Assembly: GCA_000934665.2 (NCBI GenBank)
Contig: JYFJ02003671.1
Coordinates: 1-38,977, forward strand
Direction: 5' to 3'
Source of the DNA: Catajapyx aquilonaris
Taxonomy: Eukaryota
Length of the DNA stretch: 38,977 nt
Positions 34,281 through 38,977 of this stretch are shown here, piece by piece. The notes below the pieces were generated by a model. The model searched no databases. It had not been told where the DNA came from and was given only the letters and a program-made list of their open reading frames with translations. The first letter of the stretch is position 1, and every line of letters begins with the position of its first letter. The translations under genes and the position numbers were made by a program.

Positions 34281-37009
34281 TAGTTAGTCAGCACGCAGAC
34301 TGTATTGCTTGCAGTCTCATTCGCGTACAGTACGTATATGAGAAGCTCTCTCGCTTGATAATGACATATCACAGCGAACATCCTCGACCCACGCCTCATA
34401 TGAGTTAGGGGCGAAAGAAGATGAACAAAAAAGTGATCCCACAAGTTTAGTTGCAATATGGACTATGCGATTTATAGCCTACGCATTATCCATTTTGGCC
34501 TCAGAATTACATGTAATATTGAATGTTTGAAAAATTACATAGACTAGGCCTACTGAACTGACTACTAGAAATATCGATGCAATTTAGACTATTGCCATCC
34601 AGAATATATGGGATGTAAAAGGAGAACGAAATTGTGCTAAATACAGTAGGAATGCTTTGAAGCTACGAAGAGGTTTGTTACGGCAAAGTGGACGTGTGCC
34701 GATCGTTTTTGGCGCACGAGTCCCGGTTCCAGTAACTTTTTCCATTGTGTTGTGTGTAAATGAAGTATTGCATAAAATATAAATACACAAGGCAAATGCC
34801 TCTGTAGGCTATATGATGTGTCATCTAGTTGACCACATAAAACCATTGAACAGCAACATATGCAATGAGTTTTTGGTGAATATTTTACTTTGCATTTTTA
34901 AGGCCACTACCTGAAATAAAATCTGTCATTCCAAGTACCGAGTTTTTTTCCTAGCCAGACAGATGGGGGATCTAGGGAAAGGTGAAGGCCGAGTGATGAC
35001 GTCATCAACTCTGATGTGCATCCCACTTCATGATTGCCACAACGTTTCTAGGTCCCAGAATGAACGATTAATCGGAGAGACTATGAAACCACTTGATGTC
35101 ATCTGCCATTGGTCTTTGCATTTTATTTCCGACGACTGGTCACCTAACTTAGTATCCGATTATCAAAAATTATTTTTGACCGAACATGACTATGTGAGGG
35201 TGGGACACAGTCTCCCCCCCCCCTCCTCCCCATCCGGTTACTACTACAATTTTTGGTACAGTACAATACTTGACGCCGGTATCATGGCTATGAATGCAAA
35301 TTGATTTTTTATAGCTTATTGAGAAATATTTCAGTTGATCGCGCTCTCATTATCATATAAGTATCCTACCGTATTGTCACTCTTTCATTTTCTGATGTCA
35401 TTCTCCTTCATTTTTCAAATCCAGTCACCAGGGTGGTATCCTTATTCCCAGCTAGTTTCCAATTCAAGAGAATGGTAGGAGAACAACGTATTGGAAAGAA
35501 TGAATTTATGGGCCAGCACATTCACGGGTATAGATTGCTACTTCTCATTTAACTGGAGTTAATCTAGGCTATTAACATAAATAATCCTTAACGTATTCAC
35601 CTACCCACCCTCTACAGGACTATGAACTTGCTCAGTGCAACATTCTGTGTTTGTGTCAACCTATATCGGTATACTATTCTACCGGGAGGAAAAAAAAAAT
35701 CATAAGTTACCCGTCCGGTAGTCGTACTTCGTCAACGTCATGATCATGAATGCTATTAAGTCATCGGTTTTCGTCGGTCTAGGATTATGTACTGTAGGTC
35801 ACATCTTGTGTAATGGTTTAAAAAGTGTGTGGCTAAATAGAATTGACGAAATAAAATAATTACAGGGGATTCTGCCGACCACGTAATAATTATTATTTAT
35901 TATTTCAGACCGCTTCTTCTCCGGTGCAACAGAACCCATGAAGTGGTTTTTGCTCGGCACTTCAAAATACATGTCGAGCCATATCGGGTCATAATGGAGT
36001 AATGGGGTAAATGAAGAAGAAAAGAAAAATTATACGGCAGGTTTCTGACTTATCGAAGTAGAGAGGAGAGGGGAATGAAATATCTTACAGATTGGTTATC
36101 TGAACCCATTGTAAGCAACAATCATTCCCTATGGTCGTAAATGTATTGCTTCTCTTCAAACTAGTTACTAGAGTAATCTCCATGCCATTGTTGGACTGTG
36201 AACTCCTGCAGCAGTTACCCATAATGTGCAGTATGAAAAGTTGACCTTGCTCCTTTTTTTTACATCTTTGATGCTGCTTTCCATTCTATTCTGTAGACTA
36301 GTGTAGAGATATGGATGTGACTCTGTCTAGTGAACCCCAGAATATTTCCTGATACAATATCTGTTATTTTTAGCTTCAGCATCGTCATTACATTTTTAAA
36401 ACTCAGTAATTATTTTATTTTTATTATTTGAAATACCACGAGTTTTAAAAAGACTACGAGGTCCCCGTCACTTACGTAAGTGCAGGTATAGAAATGATGC
36501 AATGGAGAGGCGCTTCCGGTTAATGACGTCGATAAAGTTGCGCCAATGGTTGTACTGTACTGCCGTGCAGCAGGCTAGATGTCAACGCAGGCCATATTAA
36601 CGGACTCCAGTCTTCAAGAAAGGACGTAGAAATTTTTGCAAGGCTCCGTTGCTCATGGCCAGCAGTATTGGAGGTGCGCCCATGTTAGATCTATTTGTAT
36701 GTTAAAGAACTAAGATTGACTTGACGTTTATATTTTAAACGACTCTTCTTGTGAATCATTAATATGTTAGCAGGAAAATTTTGGCAAATTATCACATGTA
36801 GAAATTCTGGAAATGAAGGCTTTTGTTTCCTAATTGATACTTAATAGTTATCTTGCCAGAAGACTAATACTTTATTGTTGATTTACTCAACTTGCCTGGA
36901 ATCTCGTCTCTTGTGCTCAGAGTGGTAGATTATCCTAACATATCACCTCAAACTCGAGATCTTATGGCAAATTGATAATTGTAGAGGTCAATCATGTTCA
37001 AGTAAAATA

Positions 37010-37317
37010 ATAATAATAATAATATAATAATAATTAATAATTCATACCCCGTTATCAGCCTTTTTCGGCTCTTTAGGGGGGAAGTTTTCTTTTGCCTGGA
37101 ACTCTTTGCTTTCATTTTACTGCACTTTTTGGGATGGGATAGGGACCGAAGGAAGCGGCTGTGGCCTGTTAATTACGGAAACAACTCCGGAATTTTCCTG
37201 GAAGGACCGTGGGAAACCACAGAAAACCACGGTCTGAGTTGCCGGCCCCGGGATTCGAACCCAGGACCTCCCGATTAGCAGTCGGACGCCTTATCCACTA
37301 TGCCAACCTGCTTCGGT
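37010..37317 (-). mobile_element. tRNA-derived SINE
   Basis: A-box TGGCATAGTGG, B-box GGTTCGAATCCC, (TTA)n tail. 16-bp TSD ATGTTCAAGTAAAATA at 36994-37009 and 37318-37333. Confidence 0.92.
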
Positions 37318-38308
37318 ATGTTCAAGTAAAATACAAGGGTCAGTCAAATGAAAATCAGACTACAGAATGTTGAATGTAACCAATTTGTAGAATTATTTTA
37401 CAAATAACGGAATACCTGTGACAAGTTTGTCTTAAAATACAGCGTTACGATCCAGTCTCCTCTCCACTTGCCAAAGTTTAATTTGGTTAGTAGCTACGTA
37501 GCTAATTGAAACATACAGAAAGATATCTACACAATATTGTAATATATTCAGTCTTATAGAGGGCATTGGAAAAAATGCGCACTTCCTCTCAGATTAATTT
37601 TCAGTTCCTTGCTATAGTAAAAGATTAAAACCACAGTTGGTTTTAGGGATTTCGGCCAGACCCCCTGTGCGGGCTATAAAAAGGATGAGCCCATGACACT
37701 TCATATTAGCATCTAATACTTTTGATGACTATTAAAAGCCTCTACACAAAGGTCGATGTAGGTCGATGCCCCCAAGGTTCCAGCCAACCACTTTGGAGGA
37801 GATGTGCATGAGCAAGATTGCCCAGGCTGTTTTGGATGTATGCATGCTGACTATCAACTTGTGGATGGTTCATTTGTCCCAACTCCTGCAGGATACACCA
37901 ATTCCAGATGCTGCTGGCATGTACGTGTGGCAGATCCAGCCGTATGACCATGTCGTCTCTAACATTGGTGAACAGGAGGCAGAGGAGAGTTGGGGTAAGG
38001 ATGATGCCACTTAGTTGAAGGAGGTGTAATACTACCTAGTTGAGTATCGCATTTTGTCTGCAGGCACCACCCTACCGAGACCATTAGGATATCTCACAAG
38101 GGAAGGTCACGGGGTGATAATGTCGGATCTTGATGAAATTGGACGTGCTAATACAGGACAATATATGATGCCCAAAAATGAAATATTTCGTGCTGACGTC
38201 CATATTTGCAAAAGTTATGACGTCTTAAAGTTCCAAAAATAATACATTTTCATACTCCATGGGATTACATTAGTGACCACATATAATGACATTGAAGTGT
38301 GTAATCAG

Positions 38309-38560
38309 TTTCTAGACCTTTTCTCGTCGGAAAAAGTCCTACAGAACTGCTCTGGCCGTCCGTCCGTCCGTCTGTGGACAGGTATAAAGGCCTAAACCGT
38401 AAGAGATAGCGACAAACGGTTTTCATATTCGGATTGAGAGTGACCAAAATAGGTTTCATGGTCAACTTCTGGTGACCCGCCACTTCCGGTCTTCCGGGTT
38501 CACTCTATCCGCACAAGTCTATACTTTACGGGCGGGTTATCGTTGGATTTCGAAGTTAGT
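38309..38560 (+). mobile_element. Helentron/DINE-like non-autonomous element
   Basis: T-rich start, short inverted repeat GAC(C)TTTT..GAAAAAGTC, then a (GTCC)n microsatellite followed by an AAACCGTAAGAGATAG core. This is the DINE-1/HINE layout. The right end is uncertain. Confidence 0.55.
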
Positions 38561-38977
38561 TTCCGTGTATTCCTGACCGTGTATTTCGGGGATTTGCTCC
38601 GGGTTTTACCTGACTCTCTGGCACAGGGGCAGTGGAATTTATTCCTGACGTTGGACATGTTTGCAATGAGCGTCATCGGCCGCCATGATGTTATCGCCCA
38701 AGCCGATACTAGAATCGATATGTTGCCTAGGTTACGATATATCGATTCACATGCTCCCTGAAAGAATGAGAAAAGGTCTCATCGAATCACGCTCACGTGA
38801 TTTTCCCATATTTTTATTGTACCAAATGCACAATTTATTTACACATATGCAGTTCACTTTTTAGTGAATGGTTCATACAAAAACACATATTGCAATGTGC
38901 ACAACAAAAGAAGCTCATCTCGTCACATTTAGCACACTTGTCACTTGATAAGTTGTCAAAGCAGAACTCGATTGGTG

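Overview
This is AT-rich, intron- and repeat-rich eukaryotic DNA, probably from an invertebrate and most likely an arthropod. Most ORFs in the supplied track are spurious. Two spliced minus-strand protein genes can be reconstructed by hand. (1) 5235-25032 is a chimeric gene of about 673 aa (about 726 aa for an alternative isoform). It joins four exact 23-aa STPR-type repeats, a CxxC...CxxC motif and a DUF6570-like region, which together match the N-terminal module of Helitron/Helentron proteins, to four C2H2 zinc fingers, with no Rep or helicase domain. It looks like a domesticated Helitron-derived DNA-binding protein and is the most interesting element here. (2) 28345-32852 is a 9-coding-exon SLC22/MFS organic ion transporter of 554 aa. 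Introns and intergenic DNA hold many TA-flanked Tc1/mariner-type MITEs, hAT, Harbinger and Kolobok-like MITEs, foldback elements, three tRNA-derived SINEs with TSDs, a 5'-truncated LINE with a TSD, a Helentron/DINE-like element and a 53-bp tandem array. Domain and family names come from motif recognition, not database searches.
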